From: Isurus oxyrinchus
Taxonomy: Eukaryota
NCBI GenBank assembly: GCA_026770705.1
Contig: JANJGN010000010.1
Coordinates: 46,996,001 to 47,060,000, forward strand
Reading direction: 5' to 3'
DNA: 64,000 bases
Both the position numbers and the translations under genes were made by a program. Numbering within the stretch: position 1 is the first letter of the stretch; each line of letters opens with the position of its first letter. This document shows positions 22,930 through 36,571 of the stretch, piece by piece. The notes under the pieces were generated by a model. The model searched no databases and was not told the origin of the DNA. It saw nothing but the letters and a program-made list of their open reading frames with translations.

Positions 22930-24405
22930 AAATAGGAGATAAGGCATAAGTATGTGTGGCTGGAAAGATGATGCTGGAGGGAAGGCTTTAGATTCCTGGC
23001 ACTCTGGGGCTGGCTCTGCGGAGATGGCACCTGTACAAGCCAGGCGGGGTGCATCTAAACAGAGCTGGGACTGAGTTCCTTGCAAGTCGTTTTGCTGGTG
23101 CTGTTGGGAGGGCTTTGAACTAACTTAGCAGGGGTGTGGGAACCAAGAGAGAACAAGGGGAAATTGTGTTTAACTAACTTGTGGAGTGTTTTGAAGGTGG
23201 AACAGAAAAGCTCGATGAGGATAATACTGTTGATGTGGTGTACATGGACTTTCAAAAGGCATTTGACGCAGTGCCACACAACAGACTTGTGAGAAAAATT
23301 ATTGCTCATGGAATTAAATGGACAGTAGCAACATGGATACAAAATCCGCTGAAAAGTTGGAAGCAGAGAGTAATGGTCAATGGATATTTTTCAGGCTTGT
23401 AGTGTTGTTCCCCAGGGGTCAGTATTGGGACCCTTGTTTTTCCTGATATGTATTAATGGTCTAGATCTTGGTGTGCAGGGGACAATTTCAAAGTTTGTGG
23501 ATGATATGAAGCTTAGGAATGTTGTAAACTGCGAGGAGGACAGTGTAGAACTTCAAAAAGACATTGACAAGTTGATGGAGTGGGCCCTTAGGTCGCAGAT
23601 GAAGTTCAATGCGGAGAAGTATGAGGTGATGTATTTTGGTAGGAAGAACATGGACAGACAATGTAAAATAAGAGGTGAAATTTTGAAGGGGGTGCAGGAG
23701 CAGAAAGGCCTAGGTGTATATGTGTACAGATCATTGAAGGTGGCAGGACAGGTGGAGAGAGCAGTTAATAAAGCATATAGTATCCTTGGCTTTATTAATA
23801 GTGGCATAGAGTACAAGAGCAAGGCAGTTATGCTGAATTTATATAAGACACTTGTTAGACCTCAGTTGGAGTATTATGTAGAATTCCGGGCGCCACATTA
23901 TATGAAGGATGTGAACACATTGGAGACACTGCAGAAGAGGTTTACAAGAATGGTCCCAAGAGAACCTTCAGTTATGAAGATAGGTTGAGGAGGTTGGGAC
24001 TGTTCTCTTTGGGGAGAAGAAAGCTAAGAGGAGATTTGATAGAAGTGTTCAAAATCATGAGGGGGCTGGACAGAGTAGATAGGGAGAAGCTGTTCCCACT
24101 AGTAAAAGGATCAAGAGCGAGAAGGAACAGATTTAAAGTGATTTGCAAATGAAGCAAATGTGACATGAGAAAAACCTTTCTCACACAACGAGTAGTTTGG
24201 GTCTGGAATGCACTGCATGCAAGTGTGGTAGAGGCAGGTTCAATCGAGGCATTCAATAGGGCATTAGATGATTATTTGAATAGAAACAATGTGCAAGGGT
24301 GCAGGGAAAAGGCAGGGCAATGGCACTAGGTCATAATGTTCATTTGGAGAGCCAGTGCAGACACGATGGGCCGAATGGTCTCCTTCTGTGCAGTAAAATT
24401 CTGTG
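22930..24405 (+). mobile_element. CR1 LINE: ORF1 end joined to RT and 3' UTR, endonuclease region deleted
   Basis: ORF1-like end at ~22930-23140; VDVVYMDFQKAFDAVPH, VPQGSVLGPL, SKFVDDMKL, LYKTLVRPQLEY; CR1 tail. Confidence 0.9.
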
Positions 24406-24420
24406 ATATTTTCATACCTC

Positions 24421-25001
24421 AGCTGGGGTTTTACCAATGTAGCTCCTGATCCCATGGGAATGGGTAGTTGGGCAGCAGTGGCAATCTCCCGGACAGCGCC
24501 CTCTTAATTGGCCACTGCTGGGCAACGTTGGGCTGGTTCACCACACTGCTGGCTCAATTAGAGGGTTGGCAGCTCTGCAGCCTCAGCATCACCACTGAGA
24601 GAGTTGGGTACTGCTGAGGCTGCAAGGAGAACAAGAGGGCATCTCCATTTTGAAGCACCTCACAGGGGAGTTGGAAATCTTTTTCTCTGTGAGACATAAA
24701 CAGACAGGCCCCTCCAGCCTCAGCAACAGGACCACAGGAGTACCTTTTGCTGCAGGACTCTCTCCGTGGACCATGGAGCCTCCAAATGCGGAGTTCCCTA
24801 CCTGGGCATTTAATGGCCTAAATTGGCCGGCTGCCTCTGATTGGTGGGGGCTGAGCCACTGAATTCCCAGTACAGGTAAAATGGCCTGGTGAGGGGTACT
24901 GCTTCGGGGAACCCTCCTGGTTCAGCACCCTGGCATTTTACCACAAACCCCACTCCTGCTGAGGGGGCATGGGGTGGGAGGTAGGCAGTAAAGTCTCAGC
25001 C
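24421..25001. mobile_element. Harbinger-type MITE
   Basis: Ends agctggggttttac / gtaaagtctcagcc; shared cttaattggcc motifs. Confidence 0.55.
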
Positions 25002-25129
25002 TTAATTTTTCCTTGTTCTTTTCTATAACTACCCTAAACCTAACCATACTGTGAACACTGTTGCCCCAAATAATTAACCGCTGAAACATACTCCACTTCA
25101 TTAAGAACCGTCTCCAGCACTAGACTCAA

Positions 25130-25350
25130 AGACTCACAGAGGTCTACAGCACAGAAGGAGGCCATTTGGTTTATCGTGTCCATGCCGGTCAACAAGGATC
25201 TGTCCACACTAATCCCATTTTCTAGCGCTTGGTTCAGAGCCCTGGAGACTATGGCAACGCAAGTAAATATCTAAATAATTCTTAAATGTTACGAGAGTTT
25301 CTGTCTCAACCACCCTTTCAGACAGTGAGTTCCAGACTCCCACCACCCTA
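25130..25350 (-). mobile_element. CR1 3' fragment
   Basis: acagcacagaaggaggccatt...ttccagactcccaccacc is a reverse CR1 tail. Confidence 0.75.
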
Positions 25351-25459
25351 CTTTCTTTTTCTTTGTGCTGGAAAAATACTGATCAAAGAAGTTCTTGCAA
25401 ACATTACAGTCTATATTTGAATAAATGAAGTTCTCATTATTACTATCTAAAGTCCTCAT

Positions 25460-28400
25460 CAGCCTTGGCTCAGTGGGTATAGCCCTCTTGCCTCTGAATT
25501 ACAAGGTTCTGGATTCAAATGCTAAAGCAGGGCCTGAATACAAAAAAAGTGCTGTCGTGAGCGAATGCTGCATCGTCGGTTTTAGTATATTGCAAGATCT
25601 GAGCATTTTGTTATTGCCGTCTCTGTAAACCAAGTTAGTTCAATAATGGCTGCCTGTAGATGAGTATGTGTTAGCCTTACTCAGTGCAATACACAACAGA
25701 AAGATGACGACAAATCTGGGGTGGAATTTTCTTTTATATTTCATTTGAGTGATTAAGGACTGAAGAACATTTGTGACACATTTGTGGAACTCTTAAAGTT
25801 GATTTTGAGGAGGTTTGAGCAATTTGACTGATTGCTGCAGCTGCAGGCACATTGTATTCAGGTACATGGTGAAACGTGGTACATAATTGAAAAAAAATGG
25901 AGGTTGAGGACAAAGTAAATGTTTTCTTTACCATGAATAGGGCAGATGCTTTGAGATGGTATCTAAACAATGTTGGCTGTGAGACCCGTGTACAATGGAC
26001 TAATTCTGAAATTATTGAGATTCTGGACTCACTTTGTGGTACGACTAAGAATGAGATTATACCAAGAGTTGCATTCCATGAAAGGAAACTGTTGCAGATT
26101 ACATTCTTGAATTAGAGAAACCTTTTTGTCACTGTATGGCACAAAATCAGCCCTGGAGATATGTTTATAGGCCGAAAGAACAATAAAGTCCAGGCTCAGC
26201 TTTTGAGCTGAGGCAACAAAGCTTATGGAAGGAAGCCTGCAATGAGGCTACAGCCATGTAAATGGCAGAAAGAGATAGTTTCAAATTGCAAAGGAGTCCT
26301 TTTCCTGAGGAGGCAAAGGAGGTCTACTGGATTTTGGAAGGATCCAGGCCACAGCAGCCGTCTCAGGAGTCAGAAATTTAGATACTAACATTGCCAATGT
26401 AGCCACCAACCATTACAATGCCCCGTTTCCAGTCCTGTGGGAAAGCTGACCACGTGCAGATGGCATTCAGGAGCAGAGGAAACAGTAGTACCAAGTCGTG
26501 GTAAAGTCAAGGAACTTCATCAATACCGCACAGGGAAAGTCCGAATGAAAGCAATAGCAAGAAGCTGCGTAAACAGAGATATTAAAGAGTTGGTGAAAGG
26601 TTGTGAAGTATGTCTCAGAATGAGAAATGATCCAACTAAGGTTCATTTCATTCCATGGTCAAATCCAAGAAAACCATGGGGACAAGTACATGTCGATTCT
26701 TTGTTGTGGAAGGGAAAAAGTACTTTATTTTGCTTGACAGACACAGCTATTGGATAAGTGTTGAGTCTATGCCCAATACCACAAATGGGCAAAATTATTG
26801 AAGTTTTGAGAAGTTGTTTTTTATTTATGGAGTTTATTATGATGTTGGTGTCAAATAGTGTCCAGTTTCCAGTCAGAAGTGTCTGAAATATTTCTGAGTA
26901 AGAATGGAGTCAAACACACTGTAATACCAACATATCACCCAGTACTGAATGGTGCTGCAGAAAGAAGTGTACAGATTGTGATGAGGTCTTTGCATAAGTA
27001 TTTGCTAGATGACAAGTGAGGCAATAATTTCCATGTTTCTCTTTGACCCAGGCAATTTTCTGTTCTCTTACATAATAACCCCACTGTCTACAATAGAGGC
27101 CAGCAGCTCTTGTGCTCAGCAGCACCACTAGGGAGGCCGTGGATGCTGCTGGAATGACAGGCTCTGGAGTCCCTGCATTGTGAAGTGACCCAGACCACAG
27201 GTAAGTAATGTGGCGGGAGGGGGAGGATTTCATGGGGTGCAGGTCATGGGGAGAAGGGTGCAGTGGGGTTGGCAGCAAGAGCAGGAGAATGGCTTTCAGC
27301 ACCTCCCACCGCCTTTCCAGATGTCCAGTCCCTTGATCAGGCACTGAGTGCCTTTGATCAAGGGACCCCTGGAGGTGGCAAGCTGGCCACATGTTTTTAG
27401 CTGCCATTCTTGCCACATGACAACAGGCCCACCTGCAGCTGTGTTAATACCAGCAGTGGTGGGATGAGGCTCTTAAGTGGTCATTAATTGGCCACTTAAT
27501 TGGCACCAGATCAGGAAAGTCGACCCTGGGCCTTCCCGTCCAGAACTTAATACTGTTGGTGACAGGGAGGCGATGGGGTTCAGGTACGCCACCATCTGGC
27601 CTAATTACATGCCCTTCCCCCTCCAAGGTCACCACCAGCAAATGCAGAAGATGCTGCCCATACTGTTTAAACACACTCCTGTACAAGGTTTAGTTTGCTT
27701 AAGCCTGACGTCAACAATAAAGTAAGAAAAAGCAAGACAAAATGAAGATAAGTCATGATACACCAGTCATGAAACTTAGAAAATTGAGTGCTGGTTAGAG
27801 GTCATGGTGAAAATCCACAGTATGTGATTGGATTTGTTGTGAAGAGTGCATTCACATATCTAGTGAAGGTTGGAAAGAGAATCCATCAGTGTCATATAGA
27901 TTACTTTGCTTGAAAAAAGGAAATCTGACAAAGGGAGAGCAGGAGAAAACTCCTATAATCTAAATTCCTCCTACAGCCCAAAGTGAAAGGCAGAAAGTGA
28001 AAGTCACTAAGCAACTGAAAATTTGCTGATGTTATAGAATCCATCAATAGAGCAAAATGAGTCAAGATCTTTGATTAAGACAAATCAATCAATGATCACA
28101 GTCCCATCCATTAAGTGGAGTTGGCAGTCAAAGTTCAGATTTGACACAGCCACATGCGGAGAGAGCAGAGTCAAATTAATGGAAATGGAAGGAGATTCCC
28201 AGACAGAAAGTGAAATAGAGATAGAAACCATGGGTTAATTTAAAGTATGTGGGAAGGAAGAAGAAAATTGTTGTTGTTTTCATTAAATCTTGCCAAAGAC
28301 GATATTTTTGTGTCACACATACTGGTGTTAAGGAAAACAATTTGTTTTTACATGTAAATTACTCTGGCATTTTCAGTCATATGTGTTTTCGCTGTGATTA

Positions 28401-28960
28401 CAGTAAAAACAAGTTAAATTTTCAGGTATCGTTGATGTTCACATAATTTGAGGAAATTACATACATGTACCATTTTACATTTTCATGTATAAGTTTTTTA
28501 AAAATGGGGAGAAAATGTAATGTATTGCAAGATTTGTTTGTTATATTGCCCTCTCTGCTGCCCTCTGTTGGAGGTGTAAATAAAGTTAGTTCAATAATGG
28601 CTGCCTGCAGCTGAGTATGTGTTAGTCTTAGTACAATTTATAACAGTCAGCTGTGACATTAAACTGAAGCCCCACCTGCCTGCCCCTGTAGATATAAAAT
28701 ATTGCATGGCACTATTTCTTAGAAGAGCAGGCAAGTTATCATTAGTATCCTGGCCAATATTTATCTCTTAATTAACATCACAAAAAAAAGATTATCTAGT
28801 CATTATCACATTGCTGTTTGTGGAGATTTGTTGTGCGCAAATTGGCTGCCACATTTCCTACATTACAACAGAGCCTACACTTCAAAAAGTATTCATTGGC
28901 TGTAAAGCTCTTTGAAATGTCTGGTGGTCATGAAAAGTGCTATATAAATGCAATTCTTTC
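25460..28960 (+). mobile_element. SacSINE1-like Deu-SINE split by the Gypsy insertion (head 25460-25579, body 28646-28960)
   Basis: tRNA-like head tggctcagtgg...ggattcaaat; Deu domain atggcactattt..gaagagcagg..tcctggccaatatttat..tgcgcaaattggctgcc; tail ctatataaatgcaa. Confidence 0.75.
25580..28645 (+). mobile_element. Gypsy-like LTR element with gag and integrase remnants only
   Basis: LTRs at 25580-25698 and 28516-28645 (shared aagttagttcaataatggctgcctg...aca); TSD gtcgg/gtcag; PPT ~28501-28515. Integrase remnant ELHQYRTGKVRMKAIARS...CEVC...PWGQVHVD. A MITE sits at ~27095-27640. Confidence 0.8.
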
Positions 28961-29202
28961 CATTTTTCACCAATTTGCCTGCAAATTTGCTCTTCTACCT
29001 CCTTCCTATTAATTAATGCCCTATAGTATACAACCATCAGTGTAATAACTCCTCCATTGTTCCTTAATTCTAACAGAATGGATTCTATTTTGAACTCTCA
29101 AGTACATATCTCTTTCTAGTGCTATCAATACTATCATTCCCCTCATCACCTTAGTTTTTTCCCTTCCCTATCTTTCCTGATTACATTGTAGCCAGGAATG
29201 TT

Positions 29203-29940
29203 GCTTGGAATTTTACGCAGCTCCCAAGAGCAGACGAGGGATGGTGGTGGAGGGAGTTAAAATCGGGTGGAATGACAGGGGATGCAGTGCCCATTGTCTT
29301 CCTACCGTCCTGGTATTCTACAGCAATGGAAGAGGTGCTGGGTGGTTCACCCGCCCACAAACCAATTGAGGCCCTTATGTGGCCAGTTAGTGGTCTCTTT
29401 GCAGTCTCTTCCTGCTACAACTGATGTTTTATCAGTGGTGGGGGTGACTCACTCCATGTGGCAAGGCTGCCAGGTTTATCCTGGTGATCTGCTTGCAGGC
29501 TTGGGTGGGGGGGGTGGTGGTGCGGGGAAGAGTCCCTCCTGATCAGGCACCCTATGCCCCAGCGGCACAGGCCACACCCAGCAGGAAAATCCCTTTGCTC
29601 TTGTGACCAATCACCCCCTCCTTACCAGGATCTGCCCTATTGGTCCTGGTGATCCCAACCCCACTTACCTGAACTTCAGACCTACTCTGGGGGTTGTTGG
29701 TCTGCAGACTTCACAATCCCAGAAATGGCCACCACTCTGAATGGTGCTGCTCAGACTGAAGAGCTGTCTGCCCTCTGATTGACTGGCAGCCCTTGGAAGT
29801 AGGACAGCTTGCCTCAGAGGGGCAGAAGCCATGACTTCAGACCTCAACTAACTGGCCGAGGTTCCCAAAATAATGTTGGGGCCGGAGGAGGTGAGTTCAC
29901 TGACTTTCCGGCTGGTGGACCTCCAGATTAAATCCTGCTC
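29203..29940. mobile_element. Harbinger-type MITE inside a minus-strand CR1 fragment
   Basis: tggaattttacg start, ttaaatcctgctc end, caattgaggccctta motif. Confidence 0.55.
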
Positions 29941-30759
29941 ATTACTTGCCAATTCCTCCTCTTGTTTAAGCCATGACACTGTTATCGTCATTATATTATA
30001 TACTATAATCCTATCTGGCTACATGTGCGTGTAGCTCATCAATCTTGATTGTCAACCTGCAAATCCTCCCAACATGCCTAGGGCAGGTGTTAAGAGTGGG
30101 AGAGACTCCTACTCAGCCATGCTTGATGTGGAGTGCTGCCCCTCAAGCTATAGCCTCTGGCTTCAAGATATGACCTGTTCCAGGAAAGACAAGCTATGGA
30201 AAAACAGACATATGTGCTTTGTCTGCTTCATGTGTCTCTAGATGCGTGAAGTCCTCTAAGTCTAAGGGACCCTGTTCTGAGGTCACTCGCCTCACCCTTA
30301 ATTCTCCATTCTCTCCCATTACTTTCACTCACTCTCCCTCTAAGTAGGGGAGGTAGAGGATCCATCACCCTTGATTTGTTTTCCTCCTACATTCCCTTCT
30401 TATCTTATTTCCACTGAAGTGGTTTTGTTTGCTTTCAAAATTCATCTTAATTAAAATATACAAATTAGAACGGGGAAAGATGTTGTCAGTCTCCCTTTAC
30501 TTTTGTGTCTCATTTGGAGAAGATTCTGCTCAAGATTCGGTGGAGTTGCAGCAGTGAATTAGAGAAAATTCAGGTAGTAAGGAAGACTCAATGCCGTCTT
30601 TTGGAACTACCACTAGCCACTCTTTCTTTGCCTGCTGCATGCAAACAGTGGTGAAATGGCAAGCCTTAGATTCCTGGAGGATTTCCTTCACAATTGCTTC
30701 ACTTACCATGGAAGGTAGCAGGAGGAAGCTGATAAATGGTAAGAAGCACATGTACCCCA

Positions 30760-31480
30760 CAAGTGCCAGGTAATAACCAACTCCAGCAAGAGAATATCTC
30801 CCCTTGACATTCAATGACCATTGCTCAAACCCCCACCATCAACATCCTGGGGATTGCTATTGACCAGGAATGTGACTGGACAAGCCAAAAAAAACACTGT
30901 GGCTGCAAAAGCAGGTATTCTGTAGTAAGTAGCCCACCTTAAACCCTTAAAACCTTCTCAATGTCTGTAGGGCACAAGTCAGGAGGATGACGGGATACTC
31001 CCCACTTACCTGGATGTGTACAACTCCAACAGCACTCAAAGAGCTCGGCACCATAGGACAAAGCACTTGATCAGCATCCCATCTACTACTTTAAGCATTC
31101 ACTCCTCCATCACCAAAGCACAGGTGCAGAAGTGTGTACCATCTAAAATTTACACTGCAACAACTTGTCAAGGCTTTTTCAACACCACTTTCCAAACCTG
31201 TGATCTCTACCACCTAGAAGATCAAAGGCAGCAGGTGCATGGGAATACAATCACCTGCAAGTTCCCTTCCAAGTCACATACCATCCTGACTTGGAAATAT
31301 TAGCCCCATTCCTTCACTGTCGCTGGGCCAAAATCCTGGGACTCCTTCCCTAACAGCACTGTGAGTATATCTACACCACTCTGACTAGCGGTTCAAAGAT
31401 ACTGCTCAGCACCACCTTCTCATGGGCACGTAGAGATGGGCAACAAATGTCGGCCTTGCCAGCGATGCCCACATCCCTTG
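30760..31480 (+). mobile_element. CR1-superfamily LINE (family B) 3' fragment
   Basis: cccttgacattcaatg...HGNTITCKFPSKSHTILTWKY...ggccttgccagcgatgcccacatccc. Confidence 0.85.
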
Positions 31481-32864
31481 GCCATGAAGCAGCAGTTCAA
31501 TGGAGTAAAGGGCCTTAGATTGGCCTTTTCTCCCTCTTTCTTGGGCCCAGCATTGATCTACCAATGCCTTCAGTGGAAGCCTGGCTAATGCCTCTGCCTC
31601 TTTACGGCCTTTTCCTACCTCTTCTGATGCTGTAGCAATCTTCCTCCTGCAATATTGTCAGGATTTCCTGTCCTTGCATAGGCAGGCTCCCTCTTGACAA
31701 TGGAAAAGGTGCTGGGAGCATGCTGTGCATAGGGAATGAACATGATCCAAGAAAATGGATTCAGATTGGGCACTGCTGGAACTCTGTCCTGAAAGAGTAG
31801 AAATTTCCATTGAACCCCACCCAAATGATCACATATGTGTTAATAACTAGAACTGTTTTACAAGTGTTAGCAATAGGATCCCATGTCTCGCAGATATAAG
31901 GAATTAAAAATTGTCTCTTCTGTCAACAAATCACAAGTACCCCAGTCAATAATTAATTGGTTTAAAAATGTAAGGTGTGGTTGGAAAATTTAACTATTAC
32001 TAACAGGAAATCTCAATTTCGCACTTTTCCCTTCTCCCGCAATCCCATTCTCCCACTTATTCTGTTACCCTACAACTTCTCTCTGTGAGGTTAACACTTT
32101 ACCTAAAATGTATGATCCACAAAACAAAAGCTACAATAGCTGTGTAATCAGTAATATATATTTTTCCTCCCTCACTTAAACAGGTACACATTCAGGTGCC
32201 TCTCTATTTAAAAACACTCAATATAATTTCTACCTTAATACAGCTTTTGAAATTTGTCCTCTTATTTTTCAAAATTATTATAAAAACAAACTACAGCGAA
32301 ATAAAGTGCTTCAAACTGATAAACATTCCAACAGTACATCTGAGCCAACAGTATTGACATATCCTGGTTAATTAGACACAGACAGATGTTCAGATTTTAA
32401 ATTCTAAATTCAGCTCACAGTTCTGGGCAGAGATATTGAGAACAAATGCAGGCTTTTATGAGAGACAGGTTTTTAATTAAAAGCTTCAACGAAGGTAATA
32501 AATGATCTAAAAATTAATTCAATGATAAATTTAATCATATTACTGTGAAGTATGTTGTTTTTGTTTGCGTCCTTATTTTGGACATTATAAACTTCAGTTA
32601 TTGAGAAAACTGATGGATAAAAACGGCAGAGTGATTTGTGTGACCTTAGAGATTTTTTTATGCAATTACTGCATATTAAATTTACATTATAAGTAACAGC
32701 AGTGCTGAAAAAGTCTATCACAGCTCCATCTGCAGGAATAATCAGTAACATGGATATTTAGTTTTGATTTCATGGTTAGCGGCAAAGCGACAGCACTCAC
32801 AAACATCTTGAAATATCTGGGATGTGAATTTTCCTGTTCCCAATGTTCCTTTTTCTCTGGTGTC

Positions 32865-33465
32865 AAGTCGTCACTTTTCCATCCGCCCCCCCATAATCCT
32901 TGACTCCCTTGTCTATCAAAAATCTGTCTAACTCTGCCTTGAATAAATTCAATGACCCAGCCTCCACTGCTTTCTGGGAAAGAGAATTCCACATACTAGT
33001 GACTGTTTGAGAGAAAAAAATTATCATCACCGTCTTAAAAGCGTGACCTCTTATTCTTAAATTTTGTCCCTTGGTCCTAGTCTCTTCCACAAGTGAAAAC
33101 ACCCTTGCAGTATCTACCCTATCAAATCCTGAGGGTCTTATGTGTTTCAATAAGATCACCTCTCATTCTTCTAAACTCCAATGGATATAGGCCCAACCTG
33201 TTCAACCTTTCTTCATAAGCCCCTTATCTCAGGAATGAGTTGAGTGAACCTTCTCTGTACTGCTTCTAATGCAATTATATATTTTTTTCAAATAAGGAGA
33301 CCAAAACTGCATATAGTACTCCAGATCTAATCTCATCAAGGCCATGTACAGGTGCAGTAAAACCACCCTACTTCTATATTCCATTCCCCTTGCAATAAAT
33401 GCCAACATTCTATTTGCCTTCCTAATCGCTTGCTGTACCTGTATACTAACTTTTTGTGATTCTCT
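32865..33465 (-). mobile_element. CR1 LINE 3' fragment
   Basis: GFDRVD...FFSQTVTSMWNSLSQKAVEAGSLNLFKAELDRFL. Confidence 0.88.
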
Positions 33466-34104
33466 AAGCGCCCAGTAACAGTAATGTTATCCAGCAGGGT
33501 AATCAGATAATCAAATTGAAGTATTCGCACTGCCAGCAAACCAGGAAGTAAAATGCACTGATTGTCCTTCGGTTTTAATCAATTTTTTTACAGAGCAAAA
33601 TAAATGATTGAGGCATACATGTGAGAGTAAGGTAGATGCTGAATTATCATAAGCAAGCTTCAAGAAAAATTTAAAATGTGCATTTTGTTATCATAATGGA
33701 GAAATTTGACTTTCCACAAATATTAAATCAGTTTTTCAGGGTCAGAGAAGTTTTTCATCAATAATTATGAAGTTAGCACACCATTAAAAATGCAGTTACA
33801 CCTCTTTCTACATTGTGTAACTTAATCAATGGTTTTTCCTGCAAGACTAATAACAGAAAGACTAAGTTCTTGTCAATTCAGTGACTTCTGATTGCAGTAT
33901 GGGGGGGGGGGTGGGGGGGCGTGCGGCGCAGCGGCAGTGTCTTCAGCAGCACACCTAATGGACAAGTGCAGAATTACTGCCAGCAACGTTTGGCTTTCTG
34001 CATTCACCTATCATGTGGACGCCAGAAGTTACTACCAGATTCAGGAGAGTAATGATGGCAAATGTTGCCACTTGCACAGTCATCACTGTCACAAAATCTG
34101 GGCC
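33466..34104. mobile_element. Probable non-autonomous DNA transposon fragment
   Basis: Ends aaaatctgggcc, like the other Harbinger-type termini here; similar end at ~57089. Confidence 0.35.
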
Positions 34105-36571
34105 AATGAATTTCCTGTAAACTTAACCGAAGTAACAGCATTAGTACAATGTAATTTTTGGTGCTGAAGAATAGAGAAATTCAGGCACAGGTGACTTCTG
34201 ACCCTTTTAAACCATACCCAAATTTCATCAATCTTTTGCACCAATTCACTGAGATCTTAACCAAAACCCTCTGTTGCTTGTTAACATAGCCCTATTGTGC
34301 AAAGCTGCAGCTCTTGCAAACTTCTTGAATGTGTGTAAGTTCTGAATGAGTTGTAAAGTTATGTCTAAAATGAAGGCATAATAGGACCTATACTTCTAAT
34401 ACTTAAGGGGGGTGGAACAGTTGAAGCTGGATAGAAGGCCAGCAATAGATGGAGGCAAAGGAGAGATTGCAAAAGATGTCAGAAACAAAAGGTCAAAGGG
34501 GTGTTAATGTTGGTGGTACTGGCTAAATGAGGTGCTAATGGTGACATTAAGAGTAGAAAGCAGAATATGGTAATAGCCAGACCAGGGTAAGGACTCTGGA
34601 AAGAACAACATGAGCAAGTGACAGATGGCCCTAGTGGGGGTGGGGTGGGGGAAGGGTATGGTGGTGGGAAAAAAAGGTCGAAAGTAGGCTAAAAGGTGGG
34701 GTTAAAACCATGAATAAAACTGGAAATAAAGTAAATAATAATAATGAGTGGAAAAAAATAAATAAAAATAAAAAAATAAAAATGGATATTGAATGAAAGG
34801 GATCAAAAAGAGGTGAGGATGGAGAAGAGAGTTCACGATCTGAAGTTGTCAAACTCAATGTTAAGTTTAGAAGGCTGTAAAATGCCTAATCGGAAGATGA
34901 GGTGCTGTTCCTCCAGTTTGTGTTGAGCTTCACTGGAATGTTGCAGCAGGCCAAGAACAGACATGTGGGCATCAGAGAAGGATGGTGTGTTGAAATGGCA
35001 TGCAACAGAAAGGTCTGGGTCATGCTTGCAGACAGGCCGAAGGTGTTCCGCAAAGCGGTCATCCAATCTGCATTCGGTCTCTTCAATGGAGAGGAGACTG
35101 CATTGGGAACAGCAAATGCAGTAGATTTGCTTCACTTGAAAGGAGTGTTTGGGCCCTTGAATGATGAGAAGAGGGAAGTAAAGGGGCAGGTGTTGCACCT
35201 TCTATGATTGCATGGGAAGGTGCTGTGGTGGAGGGGGGGTTTGGAGGTTGAGGTGTTGGGGTGACGAAGGAGTGGACCAGGTGACCCGGAGGGAACGGTC
35301 CCTATGGAATGCCAACACTGGGGGTGAAGGGTGGTTGCATCATGTGTTTGGTGGTGGCATCATGCTGGAGCTGGCGGAAATGGCAGAGGATGATCCTTTG
35401 AATGCAGAGGCTGGTGGGATGAAAAGTGAAGACAAGGGGGACCCTATCATGGTTCTGGGAGGGGTAGGACAGTGTGAGGAAACGGGTCGGACACAGTTGA
35501 GGGCCCTGTCAACCACCATGGATGGGAAACCTCGGTTAAGGAAGAAGGAAGACATGTCAGAAGCATTGTTTTGGAAAGTGGCATCATCAGAACAGATGCG
35601 ATGGAGGTGAAGGAACTGAGAGAATGGGGTGGAGCCTTTATAAGAAGTAGGGTGTGAGGAGCTGTAGTTAAGGTAGCTGTGGGAGACGTTGGGCTTTTAA
35701 TGAATTTTGGTGGACAATCTATCATCAGAAATTGAGACAGAGAGATCAAGGAAGGGAAGGGAAGTGTCGGAGATGGACCGTGTGAAAGTGATGGAGGGGT
35801 GGAAATTGGAAACAAAATTGGTAAATTTTTCCAGGTCCAGATGAGAGCACGAAGCGGCACCGAAACAGTCATCGATGTACTGAGAAAAAAAGAGTTGTGG
35901 GAGGGGGCCTGAGTAGGACTGGAACAAGGAATGTTCCACATACCCCATAGCGAGACAGGCATAACTGGGGCCCATACGGGTACCCATAGCCACACCTTTT
36001 AATTGGAGGAAGTGCGAAAAGTTTAAGGAGAAATTGTTCAGTGGGAGAATAGGTTCAGCCAGATGGAAGGGAGTGGTGGTGGATGGGGATTATTCAGGCC
36101 TCTGTTCAAGGAAGAAGTGGAGAGCCCTCAGACCATCCTAATGGAGGATGGAGGTGTAGAGGGATTGGACATCCATGGTGAAGAGGAGGCGGTTAGGGCC
36201 AGGGAACTGGAAATTGTTGATCCAACAGAGGGTGCTGGTGAAAAGTGACTGAAGCATTCTGGGAGAAGTCAGCGCAGTCACCACGACTCAGGAGGGAATC
36301 GAGGAGAAGGACTCTTGCACTCAACATTTGAAAAAGAGTGCGGATCTTGAAGGCAGGTCAGTTGAAAAAGAGCGCGGAGATTGAAAATAAAAGGAGGGGA
36401 AGCTAAAGAGGAGTGACCAGCATGTGAGTAGCCAGTGTGTGAGTGGCCCAGTGAAGGAGTGGAGCTTTGAGGCTTTGGCTCGAGAGGCTTCAGCGAGCAG
36501 AGGCTGAGGACGAGCTTGCTCCCAGTGGGGTAGGGCTGGGTAAAGTCCTTTAAGTAAATTAGAAGTAGGTA

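Noticed and set aside
30500-31830. Possible coding exons flanking the family-B LINE (30530-30760, 31500-31824)
   Set aside because: No recognisable protein or consistent splice pair; may be a very decayed transposon.
32473-32860. Cys-containing ORFs that might be a TRIM RING/B-box exon
   Set aside because: Cys/His spacing does not fit, and the ORF starts inside a CR1 fragment.
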